The notes: generated by a model from the sequence alone, not told the origin. DNA of 64,000 nt from Clostridia bacterium (GCA_017626295.1 JAGAJB010000008.1:48565-112564); one strand, 5' to 3'. Numbered from the stretch's first letter, positions 9,187-19,271 are shown. A program made the numbers and translations.

Positions 9187-10029
9187 ATGTCCGATAAAAA
9201 ATCCTTTTCCGGACCCGATCTTCATCACATCAAAGAAGCCATTTGTGTTGACACAAACCGTGTGTATGATTCTTGTGCCGACAAAGACTGCCTTACGGAT
9301 TTAAGAGTTTACCTCACCGACTGCAACCAACACATTTTAGAGGCTTCGTCCCTTGTACGACCCAGATCGGCACAAATACTTAACTGCATTGTGGAAGTTG
9401 AAAAAGTACCCTTTAACCGCGGTTGTTACTCTGTTGACCTTACGTTTTTCGTAAAAGTTACATTGGATGCTCTCACCTGCCCCACTGCTCCTCCTTCAAC
9501 AATAGAGGGTCTTGTAACTTTCGGTAAAAAATGTATTCTTTACGGTAGCGACGGCAACGTAAAAATCTTCACTTCCAAATACGTTTGCGACGGTATGGAT
9601 GAACAGATACCTGTTTCAAACACCAACCCCAAGGCAAAAGTACAATGTGTTGACCCCATTATTCTTGATGCGCAGATTTGCAGAATTTGTGATTGTTGCA
9701 ACACAATGGGTGACTGTTGCGAATCACTGCCCCGAAACATCTGCCGCTGCTTTGAAGGTAACTTCGGCTGTTACGGTGAAAAAGCAGTAAAAGTAACATT
9801 GGGTATTTTCACCATTATTCAACTTGAACGCGACGTTCAAATGCTTATTCCCGCATACGATTTCTGCGTACCTACCAAAGAATGTTGTTGCGATACGGAA
9901 GACCCCTGTGACACATTCAGACGAATCAGTTTCCCCATTGATGAATTCTTCCCGCCCAGTTGCAGAGACAGAGATAACGACTGCAACGTTAATTTTAACC
10001 CCACAGGCAGTTGCGGTTGCGGAAAATAA
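9187..10029 (+). CDS. cysteine-rich protein of unknown function (possible spore coat/exosporium protein)
   Basis: 280-aa ORF with a strong RBS (AGGAGGAAAAAATATG), no signal peptide or TM, and about 28 Cys including CC and CCC runs and a C-terminal GSCGCGK. It is followed by a strong terminator. Confidence 0.6.
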   Translation: MSDKKSFSGPDLHHIKEAICVDTNRVYDSCADKDCLTDLRVYLTDCNQHILEASSLVRPRSAQILNCIVEVEKVPFNRGCYSVDLTFFVKVTLDALTCPTAPPSTIEGLVTFGKKCILYGSDGNVKIFTSKYVCDGMDEQIPVSNTNPKAKVQCVDPIILDAQICRICDCCNTMGDCCESLPRNICRCFEGNFGCYGEKAVKVTLGIFTIIQLERDVQMLIPAYDFCVPTKECCCDTEDPCDTFRRISFPIDEFFPPSCRDRDNDCNVNFNPTGSCGCGK

Positions 10030-10038
10030 TATTAAAAA

Positions 10039-10069
10039 TCGGAGTGGTTTTTCCACTCCGACTTTTTTT
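10039..10069. terminator. bidirectional rho-independent terminator
   Basis: TCGGAGTGG-TTTTT-CCACTCCGA followed by a T run on the plus strand and preceded by an A run. It sits between convergent genes. Confidence 0.75.
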
Positions 10070-11162
10070 AACCCTCGTAAACTATATTTTCCTGAATCAT
10101 TTTATCAATATTACTGCTGTCGTACCACTGACCTTCAATATCAACATTTGTTTTAACATCTCTGCCCTCAATAGCAAAAACACACTGTTCAACTGCATTA
10201 TATCCGATACTGTATGAGTCCTGCGCAACAGAGCCGACTAATTTAGACTTCGTTTCGGTATTCTTTATCCATTGAATCTGCTTTGTACCTGCATCAAATC
10301 CGCAGAACAGAATTCCGTCATATTTCCCTGCATTGGAAGCAATTGCATCGCTGACCTGTTTTACTACACCCTCATTTGACATAAAAATAGCCTTTGCTTT
10401 CTTTTCGACGAGAGCGTTAAGAGCGTCGATATAAGCGTTATTTACATCACCGGGTTTTACTTCTTTTTCGATTTTATATTTGCCTTTTGTAGTATCATCT
10501 GCATCTGCAAGTTCAGTAAATTTATCAATAAAACCTGTTGCCCTGTCAATACCTGTCTGTGTTTCGTCGTGCTGAATTACGCCGATTACATAAGTGTCCT
10601 GTGACTTTTTAATATCTTCCTTTACCGCATTAAAGAAATTCTCGGCATCAAGGGCAGCGGCCTTTTCATTTGAGGTTGAAACCGATGAAACAATAGGATT
10701 TTTGTTCTGTGAATCAAGCGTTTTTATATCCGCTTCCCAGATACCGCTGTCGAACTGAACTACGGGTATCTTCTTATCGTAAGCCTGTGTGAGCATATCC
10801 GCAAAACCTTCGCCGATAGTTGCAATTACAAGTCCCGACACATTATTGGAAAGTGCGGTCTGCACCATTTCTTTCTGCGAGGGTAAGTCGGACGAACTTT
10901 CGGAAGCAGGACCGCGGAAAGTTACTGTATACCCATACTTTTCTGCCGCATCTTCCGCACCGCTTTTTACCGCCTGCCAGAAGGCGTGAGATTCACCTTT
11001 GGCAACAACGGCAATTGTTTTATTAGCATTCGTATTGTTACCGTTCTGAGTTTCGCCGCCTAAAGTTGTTGCGTTATTATCCTCCTCATTACCGCAGGCG
11101 GTAAACAAAGTAAAGGTTAACACTACAACGGTTAAAAGAGCAATAATTCTTTTTAATTTCAT
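10068..11162 (-). CDS. sugar ABC transporter substrate-binding lipoprotein (ribose/galactose-type periplasmic binding fold)
   Basis: Signal peptide with lipobox LFTAC, and a type I periplasmic-binding-protein-like sequence. It is the last gene of an ATPase-permease-SBP operon. Confidence 0.75.
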   Translation of the reverse strand: MKLKRIIALLTVVVLTFTLFTACGNEEDNNATTLGGETQNGNNTNANKTIAVVAKGESHAFWQAVKSGAEDAAEKYGYTVTFRGPASESSSDLPSQKEMVQTALSNNVSGLVIATIGEGFADMLTQAYDKKIPVVQFDSGIWEADIKTLDSQNKNPIVSSVSTSNEKAAALDAENFFNAVKEDIKKSQDTYVIGVIQHDETQTGIDRATGFIDKFTELADADDTTKGKYKIEKEVKPGDVNNAYIDALNALVEKKAKAIFMSNEGVVKQVSDAIASNAGKYDGILFCGFDAGTKQIQWIKNTETKSKLVGSVAQDSYSIGYNAVEQCVFAIEGRDVKTNVDIEGQWYDSSNIDKMIQENIVYEG

Positions 11163-11171
11163 TTTTTTGCC

Positions 11172-12170
11172 TCACTTTTTCTTTTTATTTTTAAGAATAT
11201 CTATTAAAACGGAAAATACAACGATTACGCCTGTAAGAACATAGGTTACATATGTTGAATTGACGCTGACATTGTATTTTGCGAGTACAAAGTTAAGCCC
11301 CGAACGGATAACTACAAGCATTGCAGCACCTATTACAGAGCCACCTACGGAAGCAACACCGCCTGCTGCAGACGTACCGCCGATATACACACCTGCAATT
11401 GCATCAAGTTCCATACCCGAACCTGTTGCAGAGGCCACCGTAACAAAGGATGATGACCAGAATACAGCGGCAATACCTGCACCGAGACCTGTAAGCACAT
11501 ACGCCATTATTTTATATTTATCGGTGTTTATACCCGAAAGGCGTGTGGCTTCTTCGTTTGAGCCGATTGACAAAATATATCTGCCTACCCTGTTTTTGTA
11601 CATAATATACATACAAATAATCATAAATCCCAAAACCCACAGAATACCCGACGGAAAGCCGTTATTATTGGAAAACAGACTGTTAAACCAAGTTCCCGTA
11701 GGGTAAAAAACGTTGGGTGCGTTTACGATTATTGCAGAAAGTCCCCGGGAAACCATCATTGTACCCAACGTTGCAATAAATGCGGGAAGTTTTAGTTTTG
11801 CAATTAACAAACCGTTTATTAAACCGAACAGACCGCCTATTAGAATCATTACGGGAATTGTTGACCAAAGAGGAATTAAACCGTCAGTATAAAGTTTACC
11901 TGCAACAACCGATGATGCTATACACACCGTACCTATTGAAAGGTCGATACCGCCCGTGGCAATTGCAAAAGTTACACCGAGGCCCAATATTGCGTAGGGT
12001 GCAAGTGACTGCGCCATACTTATAATGTTATATTCATTCAGAAAGTTAGGATTAAGAAGATAAAATAATATAACGAGCACCAAAAGTGCAACAACAATAA
12101 TGAAATTCTGTTTGCTTTTTTCAAACATATTCATATTTATTTTTCCTTTAGTTTGCGTTTTACTGCTCAA
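11172..12170 (-). CDS. sugar ABC transporter permease (RbsC/AraH family)
   Basis: 332-aa polytopic membrane protein with BPD_transp_2-like features (GGIDLSIG, EATRLSGIN). Confidence 0.8.
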   Translation of the reverse strand: MSSKTQTKGKINMNMFEKSKQNFIIVVALLVLVILFYLLNPNFLNEYNIISMAQSLAPYAILGLGVTFAIATGGIDLSIGTVCIASSVVAGKLYTDGLIPLWSTIPVMILIGGLFGLINGLLIAKLKLPAFIATLGTMMVSRGLSAIIVNAPNVFYPTGTWFNSLFSNNNGFPSGILWVLGFMIICMYIMYKNRVGRYILSIGSNEEATRLSGINTDKYKIMAYVLTGLGAGIAAVFWSSSFVTVASATGSGMELDAIAGVYIGGTSAAGGVASVGGSVIGAAMLVVIRSGLNFVLAKYNVSVNSTYVTYVLTGVIVVFSVLIDILKNKKKK

Positions 12171-13678
12171 GCAATTCCCTCCTTGCTACGCATCATTGCG
12201 TACTTCATTATATTTTCCTGTGTGGCTTCTTCAATGGGAAGTTCGGCTGTTTTTCTGCCTTCACACATTACTATTACCCTGTCGGAACATCTTTGAATTT
12301 CCGCAAGTTCCGATGAAATCATAATTATCGACTTACCTTTTTTCACAAGTTCTTCCATCAGTTCATACATTTCACTTTTTGCACCGATGTCAATACCCCT
12401 TGTGGGCTCGTCAAATATGAAAATATCCGCATCTTTTATAAGCCACCTTGCAACTACCACCTTTTGCTGATTACCGCCCGAAAGGTTTCTTAAAATCTGC
12501 GACATTGATGAAGTTTTTGTACGAAGTTTTTTATTAACCTTTTCCGCTTCTTTTCTTGCGGAAATATCGTCAATAAAACCGAATTTTGTGAACTTCCCGA
12601 CACTTGCAAGTACAGAGTTTTCCGTTACGGATTTATCAAGTAACAAACCGAATCTTTTTCGGTCTTCGGATATATAGCAAATACCTTGGGAAACCGCTTG
12701 TTCGGGTGTTTCTATATTAACGAGTTTTCCGTTTATCTTTATTTCTCCGCTATCCTTTTTATCTGCACCGAAAAGCGCTCTGGCAACTTCCGTCCGCCCT
12801 GCGCCCATAAGACCCGAAAAGCCGAGAATTTCGCCTTTTTTCAGAGAAAAACTTACATTTTTAACTGTATTACCCACATTAAGATTTTTCACTTCCAACA
12901 CAGTAGGTGCGTCATCGGGACAGGCACTTTTTTCTTTAGTTTTACCTAAAATTACTCTGCCCACCATCATTTTAACTATTTCTTCGTTATCAGTTTCGTT
13001 TGTATTTACCGTACCGATATATTCACCGTCACGCATAACGGTTACGCGGTCGGAAATGCGTTTTATCTCGTCCATTCGGTGAGAAATGTAAATCATACCT
13101 ATACCTTTACTTTTCAGTTCTTTCATAATTCTGAAAAGATCGTCAACTTCAACTGACGTAAGGGCGGCGGTAGGCTCATCGAGAATCAATAATTTTGAAT
13201 TATGGGAAATGGCTTTTGCAATTTCAACCATTTGTTGTTTTCCCACAGTCAAATCCCCTAATCGCTTACGAGGAGAAATATTCACACCAACGTAATCCAG
13301 CAGTTTTTTTGCTTCTTTTTCCATTTTCCCGTCATCTATAAAAACACCGAATTTTATATACTCTCTGCCGATAAAAATGTTTTGAGCAACGGTTAAATCT
13401 TTCATCATATTAAGTTCCTGATGAATAATTGCTATGCCCTTTTCCTGAGATTCTTTTACATTTTGAAACTCAACTTTTTCACCGAAAACTTCAACCTCAC
13501 CGCTATCTCTTTCATAAATGCCCGTTAAAATTTTCATAAGAGTTGATTTACCCGCACCGTTTTCACCCATCAAGGCGTGTACCTCGCCTGCACGCAGTTC
13601 CAACGCAGCACCTTTCAAGGCTTTCACTCCCGAAAAACTTTTAGTTATATCAGTCATTTTGAGAATTACATTGTTCAT
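12167..13678 (-). CDS. sugar ABC transporter ATP-binding protein, duplicated ATPase (RbsA/MglA-like)
   Basis: Two ABC cassettes: Walker A GENGAGKST, LTVGKQQMVEIA, LILDEPTAAL, and a second LSGGNQQKV / FIFDEPTRGID. Confidence 0.85.
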   Translation of the reverse strand: MNNVILKMTDITKSFSGVKALKGAALELRAGEVHALMGENGAGKSTLMKILTGIYERDSGEVEVFGEKVEFQNVKESQEKGIAIIHQELNMMKDLTVAQNIFIGREYIKFGVFIDDGKMEKEAKKLLDYVGVNISPRKRLGDLTVGKQQMVEIAKAISHNSKLLILDEPTAALTSVEVDDLFRIMKELKSKGIGMIYISHRMDEIKRISDRVTVMRDGEYIGTVNTNETDNEEIVKMMVGRVILGKTKEKSACPDDAPTVLEVKNLNVGNTVKNVSFSLKKGEILGFSGLMGAGRTEVARALFGADKKDSGEIKINGKLVNIETPEQAVSQGICYISEDRKRFGLLLDKSVTENSVLASVGKFTKFGFIDDISARKEAEKVNKKLRTKTSSMSQILRNLSGGNQQKVVVARWLIKDADIFIFDEPTRGIDIGAKSEMYELMEELVKKGKSIIMISSELAEIQRCSDRVIVMCEGRKTAELPIEEATQENIMKYAMMRSKEGIA

Positions 13679-13749
13679 TTATTCACTTCCCTATCGTCTT
13701 GAAATATTATTATCATAAAATTGCCATTTAAACGAAGAAATAATATAAA

Positions 13750-13783
13750 ATAAAAAAAGAGAATCCGCGAAAGCGAATTCTCA
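13750..13783 (-). terminator. rho-independent terminator after the DUF4364 gene
   Basis: On the minus strand, GAGAATTCGC-TTTC-GCGGATTCTC is followed by a T run. Confidence 0.65.
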
Positions 13784-13797
13784 GAAAAATTTTATTC

Positions 13798-14367
13798 TTA
13801 TTTCTCACCGATAAGTCTGTCAATAATATCGGAATACAAAGCGCCCGGATCATCGAGGAAACCGTCTTTAAGTTGCTCAGCCTGTAAAACGTCGGCAACA
13901 TTAAGGGTCAGAGAAAGCATTGTTTCACCTAAACTCTGAATTTCAAAGGTTACGTTACAACCGTTTTCGAGTTTTTCGATTTTAACTTTATTTTCCCTCT
14001 CGGAACGAGCCCTTGAAACAATGTTAAGTGCCGCTTTAACCGCTTTATCACGCACACCGGGTAAAAGTGTATTTTCCAGGGCTAAGGCACTGTTTCCGCC
14101 TGTGGGTGAAACAACAAGATGGGGTTCACCTACATATTCCTGCTCACAAATAGTACCGTTTTCCAAAAGTTCATCAATAGCAGAGTTTGTATCAAAGAAA
14201 TTCACCAAACCTGTTTTTTGAAGTGAGTCGCAAATCTGATTACGCTTCATGGGGGTTTTGACGGATTTAAGAATATAACAAATAAGTATTTTTATTTCCA
14301 ACATATTACGCAGACCGCCTATTTCAATACCGCCTGCAAATGCATCGAATTTTACCAAGTTTGTCAC
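13798..14367 (-). CDS. DUF4364 family protein
   Basis: 189-aa ORF whose N-terminal region (LEIKILICYILKS...) resembles the DUF4364 proteins common in Clostridia. This is recognition only. Confidence 0.5.
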   Translation of the reverse strand: MTNLVKFDAFAGGIEIGGLRNMLEIKILICYILKSVKTPMKRNQICDSLQKTGLVNFFDTNSAIDELLENGTICEQEYVGEPHLVVSPTGGNSALALENTLLPGVRDKAVKAALNIVSRARSERENKVKIEKLENGCNVTFEIQSLGETMLSLTLNVADVLQAEQLKDGFLDDPGALYSDIIDRLIGEK

Positions 14368-14418
14368 CCTCTCAGAGTTAATCTGTTAGATATATTTTAA
14401 CATCTTTGAACATTTTAA

Positions 14419-15711
14419 TCAATGAAATTCACTTAATTTTTCAATTAAATGTTTTCGTATTTCCCCTGCAAGATACAATGACCCTACAGCACATAAAACA
14501 TCATCGGAAGTACTTCTTTCCAATACATAGTCAACAGCAGAAATCGGAGAATCGATTATAACAGTATCGTTGCAATATTTACTTGCTATACCCGAAAGTT
14601 CCGTGGCAGTCATAGCGCGAGGGTTATCGGGCGTTACGCACACAAAACAATCGGACTTTTTCATAAGCGCACTTAAAGAACTCTCAACGGCTTTATCTGC
14701 CATCATTCCTGCAACAACATAGATTTTCTCTTTGTTTTCCAAAACAGGTTTTACCGCTTCAAAAAATGCCTTTGCACCGTCTTCATTATGACCGCCGTCA
14801 AGAATTACAAGAGGATTTTTTGAAATCACCTCTACCCTTGCAGGTAATTTTGTTTTACTTATTCCCTCTTTTACATTTTCTATTTTTATATTAAACGCAT
14901 CTTTCAAGATTTCACAGGCTTCTATAACCGCGGTCATATTTTTAACCTGATGAATACCGGGTAATAATACATTATATTTTTCATTTTTATAAATAAACTC
15001 TGTACCGAAAATATCGGTTTTTAAAATTTCAACATCCTTTTCATTTGGTACTGTTAAGATGCAATTTTTGTTTTCACAAGTTTCCTTTATAACTTCAAGC
15101 GCCTTTTCGGGTTGACCGAAGGAACATATGACGTTACCCTTTTCTTTAATTGTACCGCATTTTTCAAAGGCAATTTCTTCAATAGTTTCACCTAGTATTG
15201 CGGTATGGTCAAGAGAAAGTGAAGTTATAACGTTAACAAGCGGTGTTTTTATAACGTTAGTAGCATCAAGTCTGCCGCCTAAACCGACTTCAAGAACAAC
15301 TACATCACAGGAAAGTGCCTTAAAACATAAAAAAGCCGCTGCAGTAAGCGCTTCAAACTCTGTAATAACCGTACCCTTTTCAGAAAGAAAACTGACGGCT
15401 GTTTTTACTTTTTCTACACTTTCTGCAAAGATATTTTTACTTACAGGCTCACCGCAAAACTGTACTCTTTCAAGAAATTCGCTGACATAAGGAGAAGTAT
15501 AAAGTCCTGTTTTGTAACCTGCGTCTGTAAGAACGTTGGAAATCGCAGTTGAAACAGAACCTTTACCGTTCGTACCTGCCACGTGAATAAATTTAAGGTC
15601 TTTTTCGGGGTTATCCAAAAAACGCAACAAGGCATCCATCCCGGAAAGACCGGGACGGATACCGAATTTTAATAATGAATGAATATATTCTACTGCTTCA
15701 GTATAAATCAT
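14419..15711 (-). CDS. folC: bifunctional folylpolyglutamate synthase / dihydrofolate synthase
   Basis: Mur-ligase P-loop HVAGTNGKGS. 430 aa. It overlaps the valS stop by 4 nt, matching the conserved valS-folC pair. Confidence 0.85.
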   Translation of the reverse strand: MIYTEAVEYIHSLLKFGIRPGLSGMDALLRFLDNPEKDLKFIHVAGTNGKGSVSTAISNVLTDAGYKTGLYTSPYVSEFLERVQFCGEPVSKNIFAESVEKVKTAVSFLSEKGTVITEFEALTAAAFLCFKALSCDVVVLEVGLGGRLDATNVIKTPLVNVITSLSLDHTAILGETIEEIAFEKCGTIKEKGNVICSFGQPEKALEVIKETCENKNCILTVPNEKDVEILKTDIFGTEFIYKNEKYNVLLPGIHQVKNMTAVIEACEILKDAFNIKIENVKEGISKTKLPARVEVISKNPLVILDGGHNEDGAKAFFEAVKPVLENKEKIYVVAGMMADKAVESSLSALMKKSDCFVCVTPDNPRAMTATELSGIASKYCNDTVIIDSPISAVDYVLERSTSDDVLCAVGSLYLAGEIRKHLIEKLSEFH

Positions 15712-18404
15712 TTGAGTTTTTCAAGACTTTCTTCGAGCATTGCAATTTTTGCCTGATGTTTTGCCTGTTTTTCGCGTTCCTGAGCAATAACTTTTTCGGG
15801 TGCTTTTGCGACGAAACCGGGGTTATTGAGTTTATTTTCTACAAACTGAAGGTCTTTTTTAGCCGCATCAAGTTCCTTCTGAAGTCTTGCGCGTTCTGCT
15901 TCAAAATCAACAAGTTCATTAAGAGGAATGAAAATCTTTGCTGATTCTGTGATTACACAAACACTACCTTCAATTTCAAAGGAATCACCGATTTCGATTT
16001 CAGAAGCATAAGCAAGTCTGTTCATAAACACACTGCCGTTTTTGAACTCGTCAACATATTTTGTTGCAATATAAAGTTTTGCTTTCTTTGAAGGCGGTAC
16101 GTTCATTTCGGCACGGCGGTTACGAACTGCCTTAATAGCAGCCATTACACGCTCCATAGCCTCTTCTTCCACAGGGAAATTAAGTGCCTCATCATACTTG
16201 CACCACTCGGAAATCATAATTGATTCGCCCTCGTGAGGAAGTGCGAGCCAGATTTCTTCGGTGATGAAAGGCATAAAGGGATGAAGAAGTTTAAGTGTAT
16301 TTGACATTACGTAAACAAGAACTGCTTTTGCGGTCTTTTTGCCTTCTTCATTATCGCCGTTAAGACGGATTTTTGCAATTTCGATATACCAATCGCAGAA
16401 CACGTCCCAGATGAAATCGTAAAGATTCTGAACGGCGATACCGAGTTCGTAGTTTTCAAGTGAATTCTGAACCGCTTTTACAAGGCTGTTGAAACGGCTG
16501 AGAATCCATTTATCCTCAGTAGCAAGGTTTTCGGGAATATGGGGTGCAGGCTCGTCATCATCGAGATTCATAAGGATGAAACGGTTTGCATTCCAGAGTT
16601 TATTGGCAAAGTTACGGCTTGCCTCAATCTTTTCGGGCATAAAACGCATATCGTTACCGGGGCTGTTACCGGTTGCAAGAGAGAATCTCAATGCATCTGC
16701 ACCGTACTGATCAACAATTTCAAGGGGATCAATACCGTTACCGAGGGATTTAGACATTTTTCTGCCCTGTGCATCACGTACAAGACCGTGAATAAGAACT
16801 GTATCAAAAGGAACTTTACCTGTGTATTCGAGGGCAGAGAAAATCATACGGGATACCCAGAAACCTATAATATCGTAACCTGTTACGAGGGTATTTGTGG
16901 GATAATAATGCTCTAAATCTTTTGTATTTTCGGGCCAACCGAGTGTTGAGAAGGGCCAGAGTGCTGAACTGAACCAAGTATCAAGAGTATCTTCATCCTG
17001 AGTAAGATTTACAGAACCGCACTTACTGCATTTTTCGGGAGCATCAATGCTGACAGTAATTCCGCCGCAATCAGCACAATACCACGCAGGGATTCTGTGA
17101 CCCCACCAAAGTTGACGGGAAACACACCAATCGCGTGTGTTATTCATCCAGTTAAGGTAGTTCTTTGTAAATCTTTCGGGTACGAACTTTGTTTCGCCCT
17201 TTTCAACCGCTTCAATAGCAGGTTTTGCAAGAGGAACCATACGAACGAACCACTGTTTTGAAACCATGGGCTCAATTGTACTGTGACAACGGTAGCATGT
17301 ACCGACTTCGTGCTTGAGAGGTTCGATTTCTTTAATATAACCGCCTGCTTCAAGGTCTGCGAGAATGGCTTTTCTTGCTTCCATGGTGGTCATTCCGGCA
17401 TATTTACCGCAATCAAGAACTTCAGGCTCATTTTCTGTTGCTCTGCCGCTTGCAATAAGTTCATCGGCAATTCTCTTATCCTCTGCGCCTGTAAGACGTC
17501 CGTCATAAGTAAATGTACGGACAATGGGAAGATTATTTCTCTGACCGACTTCAAAGTCGTTGGGGTCGTGAGCAGGTGTAATCTTAACAACACCTGTTCC
17601 CTTAGTCATATCAGCGTGTTCATCGCAAACGATGGGAATTTCTTTATTAAGAAGAGGTAAAATAACGTGACAACCGTGAAGATGTTTATAGCGTTCATCC
17701 TCTGCGTTAATAGCAACTGCAGTGTCACCGAGCATTGTTTCGGGACGGGTTGTAGCCAACTCAAGTTTCTCCCCTGTTTCCTTAACAGTATAGAGAAGAT
17801 GCCAGAAATTGCCGTCTTTTTCCTCGTACTCAACCTCTGCATCAGAAATAGATGTATTACAGCAAGGGCACCAGTTAACCATACGGTTGCCTCTGTAAAT
17901 CAAATCTTTATCGTAGAGTTTTTTGAATACTGTATTAACCGCTTTGTTACAGCCCTCGTCAAGTGTAAAACGCTCTCTGTCCCAGTCGCAGGAAGAACCG
18001 AGTTTTTTTAACTGTTCAACAATTCTGCCGCCGTATTTTGCTTTCCAGTCCCATGCTCTTTCAAGGAAACCGTCACGGCCGAGATCCTCTTTAGTAATGC
18101 CCTCTGCACGCATTGCCTCAACAATCTTTGCCTCAGTGGCAATAGATGCGTGGTCAGTACCGGGAAGCCAGAGTGTATCGTAACCCGACATTCGCTTCCA
18201 ACGGATAAGAATATCCTGTAAAGTGTTGTCAAGTGCGTGACCCATATGAAGTTGACCTGTAATGTTGGGTGGCGGAATAACAATAGTATAAGTAGGCTTG
18301 CCCTCTTCACACTTAGCGTGGAAGTATTTGCCGTCAAGCCAGGATTTATATATACGATCTTCTACATCTCTCGGATCGTACTGCTTTGCGAGCTCTTTCT
18401 TCAA
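15708..18404 (-). CDS. valS: valine--tRNA ligase
   Basis: 898 aa with HIGH-type motif PNITGQLHMGHA, KMSKS motif and a C-terminal coiled coil. Confidence 0.95.
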   Translation of the reverse strand: MKKELAKQYDPRDVEDRIYKSWLDGKYFHAKCEEGKPTYTIVIPPPNITGQLHMGHALDNTLQDILIRWKRMSGYDTLWLPGTDHASIATEAKIVEAMRAEGITKEDLGRDGFLERAWDWKAKYGGRIVEQLKKLGSSCDWDRERFTLDEGCNKAVNTVFKKLYDKDLIYRGNRMVNWCPCCNTSISDAEVEYEEKDGNFWHLLYTVKETGEKLELATTRPETMLGDTAVAINAEDERYKHLHGCHVILPLLNKEIPIVCDEHADMTKGTGVVKITPAHDPNDFEVGQRNNLPIVRTFTYDGRLTGAEDKRIADELIASGRATENEPEVLDCGKYAGMTTMEARKAILADLEAGGYIKEIEPLKHEVGTCYRCHSTIEPMVSKQWFVRMVPLAKPAIEAVEKGETKFVPERFTKNYLNWMNNTRDWCVSRQLWWGHRIPAWYCADCGGITVSIDAPEKCSKCGSVNLTQDEDTLDTWFSSALWPFSTLGWPENTKDLEHYYPTNTLVTGYDIIGFWVSRMIFSALEYTGKVPFDTVLIHGLVRDAQGRKMSKSLGNGIDPLEIVDQYGADALRFSLATGNSPGNDMRFMPEKIEASRNFANKLWNANRFILMNLDDDEPAPHIPENLATEDKWILSRFNSLVKAVQNSLENYELGIAVQNLYDFIWDVFCDWYIEIAKIRLNGDNEEGKKTAKAVLVYVMSNTLKLLHPFMPFITEEIWLALPHEGESIMISEWCKYDEALNFPVEEEAMERVMAAIKAVRNRRAEMNVPPSKKAKLYIATKYVDEFKNGSVFMNRLAYASEIEIGDSFEIEGSVCVITESAKIFIPLNELVDFEAERARLQKELDAAKKDLQFVENKLNNPGFVAKAPEKVIAQEREKQAKHQAKIAMLEESLEKLK

Positions 18405-18587
18405 AAGAAGTCCCCCTTAAAAATGATGATTAGTTACCGCAAAACGCAGAAACTCAATTTACACAACATTATCCCACATATTCATCGGAATGTCAATGAT
18501 ACATTTTACTATATAATGGAAAAGAAATAAAATTTTTAACACTATTTTACACAACAAACGCAAAAAAACCTTATATTGCGAAAATAC

Positions 18588-18616
18588 TTGATTTTTACCA
18601 AAAAATATAATATACT
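18588..18616 (+). promoter_or_regulatory. sigma-A type promoter for the DUF4234-like gene
   Basis: TTGATT, 17-nt spacer, TATACT, about 35 nt upstream of the RBS AAAGGAG and the ATG at 18652. Confidence 0.45.
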
Positions 18617-18651
18617 GTTATAGTAAATAACTGCTAAAAGGAGTTTTTGAA

Positions 18652-19095
18652 ATGTCATCTTGCATCAAACAAAGAAGTTTTATTACTTTATTTATTCTCG
18701 GTATCCTTACACTCGGTATTTATCCCATCGTTTTCTGGCACAAACTTTCTAAGGAAGTTAACGTTCTTTGCGAAGGCGACGGAAAGAAAACTATGAAGTA
18801 TGTTTTCGTATGGCTTCTCAACATTGTTACATTAGGTATTTTCGGTCTTGTTTGGAAATGCAAACTTACCAACAGACTCAAAGAAAACGCTTCCCGTTAC
18901 GGTCTTAAATTCAGTGAAAGCGGTGCGCTTGTTGTAGTATTATGCACAGTATTCTTCCCCATCGGAGGTCTTTTCATTGCTCACTGCATTATGATAAAGA
19001 ACTTTAACGCTATGGGCGCTGCATTCAACGAATACAACGGTCTTATTGATGAAAAAGCAAAAAACAGCGTTTTTGCAGATGTTGATGAAGACTAA
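18652..19095 (+). CDS. small membrane protein, DUF4234-like
   Basis: 147 aa with repeated helix motifs (LTLGIYPIVFWHKL, VTLGIFGLVWKCKL) typical of DUF4234. Confidence 0.5.
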   Translation: MSSCIKQRSFITLFILGILTLGIYPIVFWHKLSKEVNVLCEGDGKKTMKYVFVWLLNIVTLGIFGLVWKCKLTNRLKENASRYGLKFSESGALVVVLCTVFFPIGGLFIAHCIMIKNFNAMGAAFNEYNGLIDEKAKNSVFADVDED

Positions 19096-19119
19096 TTTTA
19101 ACTGAATTACATATTATTA

Positions 19120-19164
19120 AACCGTGTTCAAAAATTGCGATTTTTGAACACGGTTTTTATTTTA
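19120..19164 (+). terminator. rho-independent terminator
   Basis: AACCGTGTTCAAAAAT-TGCG-ATTTTTGAACACGGTT followed by TTTATTTT. Confidence 0.8.
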
Positions 19165-19165
19165 A

Positions 19166-19204
19166 GACAAAAAGAAAACTCCCTGCCAAAAAGCAAGGAG
19201 TTTT
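19166..19204 (-). terminator. orphaned rho-independent terminator (probable original rpsI terminator, now separated from rpsI by the island)
   Basis: On the minus strand, AAAACTCCTTGC-TTTTTG-GCAGGGAGTTTT is followed by CTTTTT. It lies 13 nt beyond the attL copy of the rpsI 3-prime end. Confidence 0.6.
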
Positions 19205-19216
19205 GTAAATACAAAC

Positions 19217-19232
19217 CAATTATCTCTTTGAG
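19217..19232. repeat. attL core (CAATTATCTCTTTGAG)
   Basis: Identical 16-mer at 26506-26521. This copy is a duplicated rpsI 3-prime end without the rest of the gene. Confidence 0.8.
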
Positions 19233-19242
19233 TTATAAGAAC

Positions 19243-19271
19243 GGTGTTTTGTACCGTTTTGAACTGTTTTG
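19243..19271 (+). repeat. three 10-bp-phased (T/C)GTTTTG repeats next to attL
   Basis: GGTGTTTTG / ACCGTTTTG / ACTGTTTTG start exactly 10 bp apart. They are candidate recombination-directionality or bending-protein sites. Confidence 0.35.

Noticed and set aside
8189-10029. Radical SAM gene plus adjacent Cys-rich ORF as a RiPP-type (e.g. sactipeptide/ranthipeptide) cluster
   Set aside because: The Cys-rich product is 280 aa, far larger than a precursor peptide. The radical SAM protein looks like the PflX/COG1313 activase type without a SPASM-like C-terminal Cys cluster. There is a 107-bp gap with a separate RBS, and no transporter or protease genes nearby. Adjacency is probably coincidental.
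18405-18651. Possible T-box riboswitch leader upstream of valS
   Set aside because: I looked on the minus strand for the conserved T-box sequence (reverse complement of AATTAGGGTGGTACCGCG or similar) and for a terminator/antiterminator pair. Neither is present. The region looks like plain AT-rich divergent promoter DNA.
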